Positions 37,788-50,412 of a stretch of DNA of 64,000 bases are shown piece by piece (position 1 is the first letter of the stretch; every line of letters starts with the position of its first letter). The notes under the pieces are model-generated. The model was not told the origin of the DNA. It did no database searches and saw nothing but the letters and a program-made list of their open reading frames with translations. Origin of the DNA: Psilocybe cubensis (lineage: Eukaryota); the NCBI GenBank assembly GCA_017499595.2, contig CM039001.1, positions 2,976,001 through 3,040,000 of the forward strand, read 5' to 3'. The position numbers were made by a program, and so were the translations under genes.

Positions 37788-40700
37788 TCAGTTCCGGCGG
37801 AACCATCTGAACAGGTTCCTCTTCAAGAAGTAATACAAACACTAAAAAGCCCAGTCAGCTGCCCATCAGAAAAAGAGAAAAAAAAAAGTCACATACCCCA
37901 GCAAACCTAACCGCGCTAAGCCCAAACGTCGAATACAAAATAAACGCAAAATACGTGCTCTGCTTCTTCGCCAGCGCCTGCTCATCCTTCTCCAAATCCT
38001 GACTCGGCACACTATTAATATTCTCAATCGCAATCGCAAGCGTCGCATTCGTCAGCATCCACACCGCAACAAGGCGCGTGCGGAACGTCTTGTTCTGATC
38101 ATCCAACGTCGGTTTTTCGGGTACCTCCTTCTTATTGATCTTCGTGATTGCTCGGGTGACTGTCTCTTTGAATGCAGCGTCCACGTCGGCCTGTGCTTGT
38201 GTCTGGTCTTCGACGACGGCGACGTCCGTGTCTTTGTTCTTCGATGATGAGACAGAGGGGAGTGCTTCCGCTTTATCGCTTCCCTTAGTCCCCCACGAAA
38301 CATCGTGCAGATTGCAAAACGCATAAACGTTCAGCACATTCGTGAAACTGGGAGCGAGACACAGATATTGAAGGAAACTAGAGAACATGTGCCAGGGATC
38401 ACGCTGTGTTGCAAAATTACAGCGTCAGTTTTGCCTTTGTCGAGGGCAGGTTAACAATAGTGAGACTTACGTAGAGGAACGACGCGATGATGTATATACC
38501 AAACGTTGACACGATCGCAGCCGATAAAGGTCCCAAAGTTGTGTTAAACACGGCATCCTGGAAGGATTTTCCTTGAATTTGAGAAGGAAGTTGCTACAAA
38601 CCTCTGTTAAGCTGTAAATCTGTCAAAAAAATTCATCATTGCGCACTTTGAAGGACAACACCGTCAACCAGACAGAGCAGACAAGCAGATAAACAGCGAG
38701 GAACGCATAGACCCTTGAAGAAAAAAGAAGTGTAAACACACAACGACACGAAGTACTTCAGAAGGACACAAACCATAAAGTGACAGCATACGGAACTCGT
38801 TCACCCTTCGGCCGATTACCCAGAGCCAAGATGAACTGCAGCGCGAGGAACGACAGGTATATCCACTTGAACGCCAAATTAACCCAATGAGTCTATCGAG
38901 AATGGGGATATACGTAAGTAATTGAAAAAGTGAGGTAAAAAAGGGCCACCCATGACGTACGATGACCAAATTCCCAAAAAGATAGATTTTTTGCGCCGGG
39001 AGCAGATCGATGATGATGCTGAATGTTAACCAGAGATTGGCCAATGCGAACCATGAAAAGACGAGTGAGAAAACGTTGTACTGCGCCCCATTAGTTAGCT
39101 GCAATACTTTAAATGTTTCGGAAGGAGTGAACGTACCAAGGCTTGGATATGCAGCGCGACCATTCGAAGAGGCCCGTGACCAGACTTGTAAAAGGAGAAG
39201 AAGTGGACGAGAGCGTACTATCCCCATCGACCCATTAACATGCATTTTTAAGACACTAAATGAGCAAACTTACGACTGAAGCTGCAAAAGATCCATTCAA
39301 CCATCGTCGACGTTGGCCGATGAGTTCGACTGCAGTTTCTGGAACATCCGTTTCGGCCTTGCTTGGCTTGACATAAGTAAGCGTCCAGCGCTCTCCAGCC
39401 TTTGCGACAAGCTCAAAGCAAAGAATACGATCCTCGGCTATAGAGAAAAAAGAATCAATCAACCACTAGAAAAGTTAAGCCCAGCATCTTAGCATACCCA
39501 AAAACATGTTTTTAGTGAAAATATTCATCCCATATATACCCTTCTGCCCAAGGCGATCAGCGAGCGAGTGGTCACCATGGAAGTACTGTTCGAGTGGCCT
39601 TCCCAAAATGGCACGGAATCGGTATGCTGAGAATGCACCGGGCAGCACTGAGACGTAGCCAAAGCTACTCTCCAGCGGTTTGTCTGTGGAATCGAAACTA
39701 TCAGTACGCGATGGTCCTATATAGATAGATAGATCTCACCCAGAATATTGGACATTTTGTACTCAAAGTTTTGAGCAGCGACGAGAGGATTGAGAAGTTT
39801 TTTGCCACCCTTGATCATGGCGTGAATTTCACCTAATGCAATTTAGGGAAATCGGCATGAAAATCGGTGTGTAATGCTTACCACAGCATCCTCCGAGATT
39901 AGGGTCGTTGTAAAATGCTTCCCAAAGATAGAAGATGGACTTGTGACCGGGCTTGGTACCTGCGTCAATGAGAACACAAACCTCAGGCTGGATTCACATA
40001 AGAGTCAGTCAGAAGGGCGTTTGGATCACGATTTGATACTGACCTGGAGCATTTTACCGACGGCGTTAAAAAGCCAACGATGCGAGTTGATCTTTTTCTG
40101 ATTCTTGGCTTTCAGAATGAAGATAATTTGCACAGGAACGAGGTTGTTGCCATCGTTTGCTTGAGGAAGGACAAGCTGTGGTGTAGCGTCTACGGATAGC
40201 TGGGTGGTATACTGGAAAAAAGGAGAAATTTAACAGGAGAAAACTCGATATAGAAAAAGGCAACCAACCTCAAAAATATGAGCGACCGTGTCTTTTTCAT
40301 CGACTTGTTTCTTCATGACACCATCTTGGTAGACACCGACAGTAGCCAGGACATCCAGTACACTCTTGTCCATAGGTTCCAGCCCATCGACGATAAGAGC
40401 GACAGTAATCTTTTGCCATGCAGGGTTGCCGTCTTCTGTGTGACTTCGCCAAAACTTTGATTGCTTTGTTTTGCAGATGTCACGGATGTTGAGCATGACA
40501 CCATGCAGGGTTCTGGCATACAGGGTTTTGTCTTCGTTATATGACGTCACCGCAATTAACAGCTCGGTTTGGCGATTGTACATCTTTGTGCGCAGGGACC
40601 AGCCATTTGCTTCGTTGAACTCATCAGGGTCGCACGTGGCGGCGGTGTATCGCATGTGTCTATGCAGTGGCAGAACACGAAATTAGAGTTGAAAAAATAG

Positions 40701-41303
40701 ACGAGCGACAGTTAATGAAAAATCGAAAATAACTTACGAGAATTCCGTCGTATTCGCGGACTTGTATTTTGCCTCGATAGCAGAGTAGACAGGTGTAGGG
40801 ACAGGATATTCCGCAATGAAGTTTCCATTGGTGAGCTTTACCTTGCGGGTCACGCCACGCTTGATGGTTTGCCTCCGTCTCCAGGCATTGTCCATGCCAT
40901 TTGTAGAGGTAGAAACGACGGACATGGGTCTTCCATCCGCATATGGATCACCAAAACTATTGGGGTCTACAGGCCTAGTCGCAATACAAATTACATATGA
41001 TGATGTCTTTCATCTTTAATTTAATGCTCACTGTGGAGGGGGGTAGAATCCACCAGCAAAACCCTGGCCAACGTTCAAAGGCAACTTTTCGACATATTCG
41101 TCGTCATCGTACATCTCATTCTGGGGATCTTGAGCCAGGCTGGTCGAGCTTCCGTAAGGGCGCGAGGTCAGGGAACGCCCATCCGCCTGGGAGAGAGGGT
41201 CAGGGCCCCGATAGGGAGCCTGGAGGCGAGAATGGTCAGAAAAAGGATCGTCATATGGTTCATTCCTGGTGTTTCTGGAGGACAGGGAGGGATTGTTGTC
41301 CAT
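37788..41303 (-). CDS. Chitin synthase (division 1, class I-III type)
   Basis: [76 protein letters not shown]; ends WFRRN*. Confidence 0.96.
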
Positions 41304-41594
41304 GATAGAGCGGAAAGGAGAAGAGGAGGCGTTGACAGCACTGCTGGAGGAACGCTTTTGACCGTTGAGACGGCAAGTGGCAACCTGAAGGCAATGTCGT
41401 CACGTGATGCCGCGCTCATTTTCTCACGGAGTCGATCAGGCTCCGAACAGCCCCAGTGGCTATTTTGGTCACACCGCTCACTTGCAGCCTGCAACTCCCA
41501 TTCACATGTCCGAACTACAGGCTCTTCCTTTGCCGGTCAGCACCCACTGCCCGCTATAAGTACTGCGGGCTACCCCTTGTATAGCCCACCAAAA

Positions 41595-43025
41595 ATGTCC
41601 GTCATACTCTATCGGTCAGTCGCTTGCCTTCTTTGCCAAGTCTCAGCGCGGCTTACATTCCCCTTGCTCAAGCTATGACTCTTCCCCTTTCTCTCACAAA
41701 ATTGACAATGTTCTAGCTCTTAGGAGAATTAAGTATGAGAAGGTTGATGTAAGTCCTGCTCCACATCTCATGTATGTATTGTCATGTATCTTCTTGTGTT
41801 CTCAACAAGATATCCCCGATGCTACCTCGCCCCGAAATTACGGACCAACTAGGCATCGTCTACCGCCGCATACCTATTCTTGCCATTGGAAACGATGTTT
41901 ACTGTGATACAAGGCTCGTTACATCTCTTCGTAATGTCAACACCTGTTCATCATTTCTAATTTTACTCCATTACATCTAGTCTCATCGTATCTGCGCTAG
42001 AACGACGCTTCCCCACTTCAAATGGTCATCCCACACTCCTCCCAGAGAGTGCGGGGGCAGGCGTCATTAAGGCGTTCTCCAAGTATTATGCAGAATCCGC
42101 TTTATTTCCTCCTGCGACAAACTTGATACCATGGGACAAGCTACCTGCTGCATTTCTCAAAGATCGTAGTGAGGTTAGCATCATCATTTGTCTATATCAG
42201 TCCGGCGCAAGTTGACTGATCGACAAAAAGTTTGCAGGTTCGCCTATCAACACCAAAGCTTTAGCAGCGAACGTGCCCAACGCTCAAAGTGTAATTTCCT
42301 CACATTTAGTAAGTCATTGTACTGTATGAAAGAGACTAATTCTAAGCGCTAGCATATTTTCAAATTAAACAGTTGCTTATTGAACAACAACTTAGTGATT
42401 CTCGGCAATGGTTATTCAACACCGTCACACCCAGTCTTGCCGATGTTTCAGTTCACTTTATTTTCAACTGGGCGCGGTCGTTCAAGGGAACTGAACAGCT
42501 TTTCGACGCCTCGCGAATTCCGCTCACTATGCAAGTCAGTACAATACCTAATTATCTACTTTGAAACAACCATTAAACATGCGCCGTCTAACAACCTCAC
42601 AGTGGCTCGATCGGCTTTCCGCTCAAATAAAGAAAGAACGTAAATCACAAAGCCCACCAACAAAGCTTAGCGGAACCGAAGCGGCGAACAAAATTGTGTC
42701 TGCAGCCTACGAACCATACAATGTTGTAGGCTTCGATGCCACCGAGGCGTCACGTCTGTGTGTCTCTCTTGAGGACACCGTGCAGGTCGCACCTGAAGAT
42801 ACGGGTATGTCGGTTTTCTATGATGCCGACAATGTTTGATTATCATCTAATCCTCACGTCATGGCACTCTTTTCCGTAGGACGTAATTTCCCGACCATTG
42901 GAAAACTTGTTGCTTTGAGCCGTGAAGAGATCACACTGGAGGTCAAGGGATCAGCAGGCCTTGTGCGCTGCCATTTCCCTCGTCTGGGATTCTCTATTCG
43001 GCGCGTTCCTGGAAGCAAACTTTAA
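41595..43025 (+). CDS. Glutathione S-transferase-like protein, paralog 2
   Basis: MSVILYR/YDSSPFSHKID, PMLPRPEITDQLGIVYRRIPILAIGNDVYCDT, CHFPRLGFSIRRVPGSKL*; same exon layout as 4971-6488. Confidence 0.85.
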
Positions 43026-43599
43026 ACCGAGTTTTGAATTCTCTGACACCGTCAAATCATGATTGAAAGTATCAATCTTCCTTGACTGCGTCGCCCATCA
43101 TGCACTCGTTTTTGACCAAGTCCCCTGATCTATCAACTTTTAACACAGTGCTCTTTCACTCTGAACTCGTGCTATGGCGCATCATCTTCAGTGAGATGAT
43201 CACCTATCTTTTTAATTGATGGTTAGAACGTGTCATCGTTGAAAGAACAATCAATCGAGGAATTGTTGTCATGTTCCCCTCAACGACAGTGATCTACTGC
43301 TACCTCGGACACTGGGGCCCTTAAATTACCTGTCGTACTGATTCATTTAGAAGATGATAATCGCTGAAACTCGATAAGCTCACATTTCATCACTTTATTC
43401 CTCAAAATTTCAGCACGAATTGTTATTCAGAATTAGAACGATGAGACTACATCGGGTATCACAAGGATGACCCCACTGTAAAATACAAAGTGAGGGTGCT
43501 TCAACACATCCACAGTAGATGGCAGATGATAAAATTAAATTGGTAACCAGTCAGTCAAAGAGTCATTAAAATTGAAAGTGTGCTTAATTATAGATATCC

Positions 43600-45330
43600 G
43601 AAAAACCATGAGCTGCGCTGGTGAAGCTACAGCTGAACTTCACATTCTTCCTTTCATCGATCCGCGACATTCAGAATCCTCGTCACTGCGCAGTGTGCCT
43701 CTCTGGTGCATTTTCAATCTAGATGCATCGAGTCCGAGAGAACAGTATTCAAGTTGGGGCCTCATCATACTGCCACAAAATCAGCTTTCAAGTGCAAAGC
43801 TGAACTCTGGGATGGACTCCTCTCATTCCTTCTGACAGAGCGCACGGACAAGCAGATGAAGAAACTACTCATTCGATATCGGTCTGCCGATGTGATAATG
43901 ACCGCGACCACACACCTGCACAGTTATTAGCCTATCACGAAATAGGTCAAAATGAGACGTCAGGCTACTATCACAGAATGGACTTGAATGGCAGGACATC
44001 TAGCGGTGCCAGTGCTTCGAGAACGTACACGAAGGCCTGTTGTGCAATTTACTTGATTCTGATAAATGAGTTGACATTTCCCCTCCTGGACACGGCCAGC
44101 GTTCGGTCAATGTCAAAGGGTACCGCGACCTTCTGGCCTGTCCGTCTAACGAATATCATGCCATTCGGTCCAGATAACTTGGTGCAAAGCCTACAGCAAC
44201 TGTACCGATTCGTGCCTGATAGTCTCATTGCCTGGGCTATGACACTCATTCTCGAGGTTACCCAATCGCTTTCCGCACCGAGCTTTATCAAATACCGCAT
44301 TGCCGACACCACTTTCCTTCATATTATGTGGTGGATGTCTAGCATACGATGATCGATTTATCTCTTCAACGACAGCCAATACCTGCTTACATGACTATTC
44401 ATAAAATCTGTTTTCATTTAACTGAAACTACTATAGGGGCCTTTCATATCCTCGACGATACTATTCCGTATGACCTCAAAGCGGCCTTATTCCGTGGCTG
44501 CAAGGTCAAAGCCAGACAGCTCTGCTCCATGCTATTATACCTTGCTCAGTAACTCACACCGTACTTGGAAGCTGCACAGCTTCCAGTAAAAAATTAGACC
44601 AATCTAGCTTTCATGGGACGTGAGATATATGCTTTGGTGTATATACACATGCCTCACGGAACCTCCATTCCTGTTCACCCCCTGTTCTAGGAAATCAATG
44701 CACAGGACGTCCGCCTACAATTATCCCAGAAACCTCCGCTAAAGGCGGCAATATCTATAATTCGATCTCTCCACGACGACTTGCGATGCTCTGCCGAAGT
44801 ATTCCTCAATTCGATGAGACAAGTGGATAACAGCTTTCGACGATGCAAAGCGTGTGTTATTACCCCCTATTGCAGTCAAGAATGTCAGCAGTAGGCTTGG
44901 AAGGACGAGCGCTATCCGCACAAGCGGCTGTGCTCCATTCTCCGGAGGTTCGTCGATCTAGGCGGTGGTGACGCTCTGTTCTTTGCAGGGCGTAAAGCAC
45001 TTCTCCTTGATGAAACTATACTTGCGAATTGGCGTAGTAATGGTACTGTTGATGAAGGCGAATTGGCTATTTTGAAGGAATTGGCTTTGTCCATTGAACG
45101 AGGCAGAGGTTACCTAAGAGCAGACGAGTTACAATGGAATCCTGGTTTTGAAGACTATGGAGATATAATTGCAGAGCTGTCTACAGAAGGAAGAGGTCCT
45201 AAGCGTAGGTAGTTCTTCAAGTGGATGTTGCCTGTTTCCCTGTCCCCTTTTTTTCTCTAGCAATGTATTTGTACCCACTGAGAAAGGCAACATGAAGTTG
45301 ATGCGCTGTATTTCTGGATCTACACTTGTA
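43600..45330 (+). pseudogene. MYND zinc-finger protein pseudogene
   Basis: FRRCKACVITPYCSQECQQ*AWKDERYPHKRLC with an in-frame TAG at 44892-44894; upstream coding-like pieces (WPVRLTNIMPFGP) lie in several frames. Confidence 0.7.
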
Positions 45331-46705
45331 ACTAAGGTATGACTTGCGACATTACTAATTTAAGGCAGTTGGAGATGATTGTGACACACCTGATATGAAA
45401 TGATATTATTATCATTGAATGGTAAGGCTTTTAACGCGTTCTTTCTGTTTGCTGTACTACTATTTTTCCACATATTTCGAAGTAAATTCACTGATATTAT
45501 ATAAAGTTTGGAAAAGTAAATGAATGTTTTGCAAACAAGGATGCAAAGGGAGCGTTATTTCAAGTTGTGCGATACATCCGACGCGCCCCTAATAAGACGC
45601 GTTTGATCTTCACGTGATGGGAAATAACACGACGGGTCTACGGCAGCACGCGAATCATTGTTTTACTTCAACTTGTATTGCCATAACTTTCAGGTCTTCA
45701 AGGGTCTTCATCATCATAACTGCACCCATACCACCGCCCATTCTGCTTGAAGATCTGCTCCCCAGTCTGCAAATAAGAACGTTCTATTTCTGTGGCACTT
45801 TCTGACCTTTTTCGGAACCACACAGACACATAACATTCACCAGTTACAACGACAAAATTTCCAAGCTGACTCCACAAGTTCACAAATTGAAGCTTGGTTT
45901 ACATCTCGATGGAATACTCTGCTAAAGTCGTGACGCGCTGCACTAAGGCCGGAAGAACTCTGGAATCTATTGCTTCAATTGCAACCAGTCAGAAATTTTG
46001 CCGTGTGGATGCTTCTGACGCGTACTCGACAGGACGCGTTGCGGATGATTTCACCGAGGGATCACCTAGCATTCGACCGTCAATTTCATCTTCGTTGTGT
46101 GCTAGTAACTGGTAACTCAGAATCTTCTGTGGCTATCGACGACTCCTATTCAACTATTCTCTGTTTTTTTCCATGTTGTCTGACCAATGTACCCCTCCCT
46201 GTCTTACACCTCAACAATCCCAACCTCTTTCAATACGGTTTTGAACGACCAATCAGAATTCTTTTCTACCAGCACGTGTAATGGTCTGGACCGTTTCTTT
46301 ATCTGTCTTTGACGTGTTTAACGCGGTCCCAACGCCTCTCCTCGTGTCCATCGATAACCGATATCTGATTTTCACCCGGTCGAAAAAGGCTACCAGGTGT
46401 GATTATAGCGAGTAGTGATGCCTCGAGGCGTACACGCTGTTCTTATAGCGAGGTGCAAAAATTCAACGCTACATCTGTGGTTACCCAAATTTTGCGGAGG
46501 TTTGGGCTCAAAAGGTGCACAGAATGGCGGGGGAGTATAGGCAGCAATACATCGTATTGAACGATTCAGAAAATCTTCTGATATTCTCGAGTACATTTAC
46601 TTGATAAAATGTCTTTCTCCTTCGGTGTTGCACCCAACTCTCTCTCTGGACAATTTTTTGACGATTCATCGTTCACTTGTGCTGGTACGCCTATGATATT
46701 TTCGG

Positions 46706-47652
46706 ATGTATTATTTCTCTGACCATGATATCATAGACCGTGATGCTACCTTGAGCTTGCTGGGTCACGAGGGCGCGATACCTTCACTTTCCCAATATTC
46801 TCTTGCCTCTTCCGGTACTTCTGGTATCGACGCGTCCTTTTCCGTCCCTCCTCGTCGCCCAAGCAGCCGTCGTCGCGAACCAGGACACATCCCTCGCCCT
46901 CGTAATGCTTTTATTTTCTTCCGCTCATGGTATATCAACAATATGCATGAGTCCAAGGATGTGAAGCAGAATGAGTTGAGCAAGCAGGCCGGCGAGATAT
47001 GGAAAAACATGTCGGTTGAGGAGAAGGAGCCTTTCTTGCAATATGCTGCTATCGAAAAAGAGCACCACTATGCTATGTTCCCTGACTACGTCTACTCCCC
47101 CAACACGACCACGGCTACCAACAAGAAAGCATCCAAATACAAAGTCTCTCGCGCTACCTCCAATTCGGTGTCACGGGAGGCGTCGTCGACTTCATGGAAC
47201 CACATTGGCGAGGTCTGTGAAAACTTGTACAAATTTTATCCCCTGTTTCTTATGTTACATCGCAGGTATTCCATTCAGTTGGATCCGAAACTCTTTCACC
47301 ATTCCACGACCATATTGAACACGTCTCCAATCAACAGGAGTATCAGCAATACACGCAGAACACGTCGCCTGCGTATTTACCTGTCCTTCCGCATACTTGG
47401 TTCAATAAGGGGTTGGACGCCGCTCTACCAGACACGACCAATTTATTATCTCCAAATTCATCGTCATACCCTCTCTCCGACACACCGTTACCCTTGACAT
47501 ATGATAATCCTTACCTTGGTTTTCTGGACTACACGTTCCCTGAAGTGTGTTCAGAGGCTGACGGTCTGATGCAACAGTTCATGGATGACTCGATGGAATG
47601 GTTAGAGCTCACCACCCCAGTTTTGGGGTTTTCTGCAAACTTTGGGCAATAG
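46706..47652 (+). CDS. HMG-box transcription factor (MATA_HMG/Rox1-like type)
   Basis: HIPRPRNAFIFFRS...QNELSKQAGEIWKNMSVEEKEPFLQYAAIEKEHHYAMFPDYVYSP; one probable intron near 47213-47265. Confidence 0.88.
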
Positions 47653-48336
47653 TATTCTACCTCTCCATGTTTCCACTCTGCCGTTAATAGATTATAGGTG
47701 ATGGTCCAGCTTAACATCGATAGGGATTACTAATAAGATAATACACGTATATCGATTCGCAGATAAGTCACAAAAAGATCAAGAATGATATCGATCACTT
47801 TTTCTCTGGAAGCAGAACCTTCGGTGTGAATGCAAGGTCGAGTCACTGCTTGCAATCGGCGGTGACGTTGCTGCGATGATCTATCATACCCGGATTAGGA
47901 AGGTCATTTGCCTTGCGATTCCCGTTATGGAAATTATATGAGGAGCCCCTTTAACTTGCGTTCGGCTGAAACACTCGTTCCTCCTGTTATTTCCCATCGT
48001 CAGCCTCGCCGAATGTAATCTATCACTAGATTTTCCCGCCAAATGTCAGAATAGCCGAGGTGCCACTCGAGAAGCTCGTACATCGAGGTGTGTGTGTAGG
48101 TGCACACAACACGTGCGATAGAACAACGAAAACAAAAGATAACAAACACCACACAACCCAGTTCCTCTATAAAAACCCACTTCTTTTCTCCAGAATCCCC
48201 ATCGCTTCTTGGTTTCCTACCACCATCATATACCTTCAACCAAGGCGGTCAACATACCACCTCCTCACGGCATACTATTACTTTTAACATCTCAACATCG
48301 CTCGGCGTCTAATAGACATACCCCGCCCTTCTACAG

Positions 48337-48970
48337 GCACGCGACGACGATGGCGACATAATCTGATACCCGCCCTGCACAAACAGCATGCGGCGGGTGA
48401 CTAGGTATCCTCTTCCATCTCTCAACCGTAATACCTGACCACACCGCTTGGTGTTGGCATAGAGCAGGACACTTTGGGCCTCCCACCTTTCGTCGATGCA
48501 CTCCCATCAATCCGCGGTCTGGCCTAACGACTACAAGGTAGCGCGAGGTAGACGTGTGATCTCCGCCGCGAGGCGTTGTACTCCGATGTCAGTTGTTCCG
48601 GGCAGTGAAGGGTAAATTGTTGCTTCACACGTCCATGATACATGCTCGGACGCAACGTTCTCAAGGAGGTCTGGACGGACGAGGTACTAGATTTCTTCTT
48701 TAGGCGCTCACCGGATGGGAGTTAGCTTAAAGGGGGGTCTAGTCGGAGCGGGCCTACTTGCGAAGGCGCTTAGACCGGCACCCGATGGGGTGCTCCTTCG
48801 TCAAGTTGCGGTCTGTCTTTTTCCGGAGGTGGCACAAAGACTAGTAAGACTCGCCTAGCAGCGCGGAGTCCCTGCTAGCGAGGTACATGAAAATCTTCTG
48901 TGACGTGCTTAAACGATTGGCGGTGCCCAACATGGGTGGACTGCTCGAAGAGAGTATTGGTTGATCAGAG
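48337..48970 (+). ncRNA. Candidate large structured RNA or structured non-coding exon, family unknown
   Basis: No long ORF; 5' and 3' ends complementary; many hairpins with G-U pairs; TATAAAA at 48168; bounded by a CTAAT...CTACAG acceptor (48336) and a GTGAGT donor (48971). Confidence 0.5.
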
Positions 48971-50412
48971 GTGAGTCCTTACCCTCTTCCTCATCGAACT
49001 TGGTTTTGATGCAATTGATTCAAGGTTGAGGGTATCTTGCAAGGCGCAACATACCATCATTGTTAACTATTTTCTCTTCATTGTTTTGTATCACTTTAAT
49101 TTGACCCTTCTATTCCTTTAGATCAGTTGCTGCCTAGCTCAAAATCATTTGAAGCCGCCTGGAATACAGATCAATCGTTATTCATAGAGCGGACTCCAGT
49201 GGGCGCGATGTCACGAACTGTTGACTATTTCCTTTTCTTACCTGCAAGAACTACGTCAATTGACGTATCTGTTTGTTCAGAGACAGTATATTCATGCTTG
49301 ATATGCACAAACCATCAGGAGATTCGAAAATTCATATCGCGCCCGTATCCATTCCCGATCCAATGCAAACTCAACGCGACGCCCGACGCCATGATCCTCA
49401 TCACCTTGTAATTTCATATTATCAACAGGTCGGAAACACATATGTCAACGTTGTTTCGTGGCACTACATATTTTGATCCCATACATCGACATTTGAAGAT
49501 AACTCCATGTTTGAGTCGGGACTCGGGACATGAACGCGGAGTTCACATCAGGGTTCGTCCGTTGGTTATTCTCACTTCCATTATACTAATAACATTATTT
49601 TACATCACGTAGCTTGTATAAGTCGCCTGCCAGTACACTACTTGACGATTGGCTTATTTGTGTTCTCTCCGTTTCGTTTCTGTTTTCCTTTGTTTCTCTT
49701 CATTTTATTTTCTTTTGAGCTTCGATATTTACGAGTTTCACTGTTTTCATCCTGATTTTCCTAATGTTTATCTACGATCGTCCAATCATGACCATTCTGT
49801 CCTACTGACGTACGCCAAAATACATCACATCCCTCTTTTGCCTCATTTTTCATTCAATTTTTGATTCCATTGGAGCTTTAATAGTGACATGGAACTAATC
49901 TACCCAGCTGTATTATACATACAGGAATATTACTCCATAAATCCTTTCCTAACAAGACTGATAGTATTTATTAACATCATGCATCACAAATACCTTGACT
50001 ATCAAAATACCTGGCTTTATCATGCTCCATATTAAGGTCCTTATCAACGGCATATGATACACACTCGATCGATTACGGCAGGGCTCAACATATTTCAACC
50101 ACTATGAGAGTGGAGGGAACTATACTTGGTGCTCATGAGTTACTGCGACGAGTGACGACTGATTGCTGGTATGACCGCTCAGCGCTCAGCGCTCAGGTCT
50201 AGCAGGAGCGCCGTGTGTGAGGCACCTTGTGAGAGTTATGGCGTCACATTGCTTGCGTACTGCAATATCTTGACAATAGCTCAGGCCCAGGCTTTGTATA
50301 AATGTTCAAATCACCTAATCTGGAAAGATATATTCCATTTTAGCCACACTTCAAGTTGCACATTCTATATCTTGCTTTGACACATGGAAATTTTATGTGC
50401 ACAAGTTTAGAA

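Noticed and set aside
48201-48970. Assignment of the structured region to U2/U1 snRNA, RNase P/MRP, SRP, hammerhead, group I/II intron or telomerase RNA
   Set aside because: ATCGCTTCTTGG resembles the U2 5' end but GTGTAGTA is absent; no CR-I/CR-V boxes, no CTGATGA..GAAA core, no domain V, no convincing S element, no CTAACCCTAA-type template
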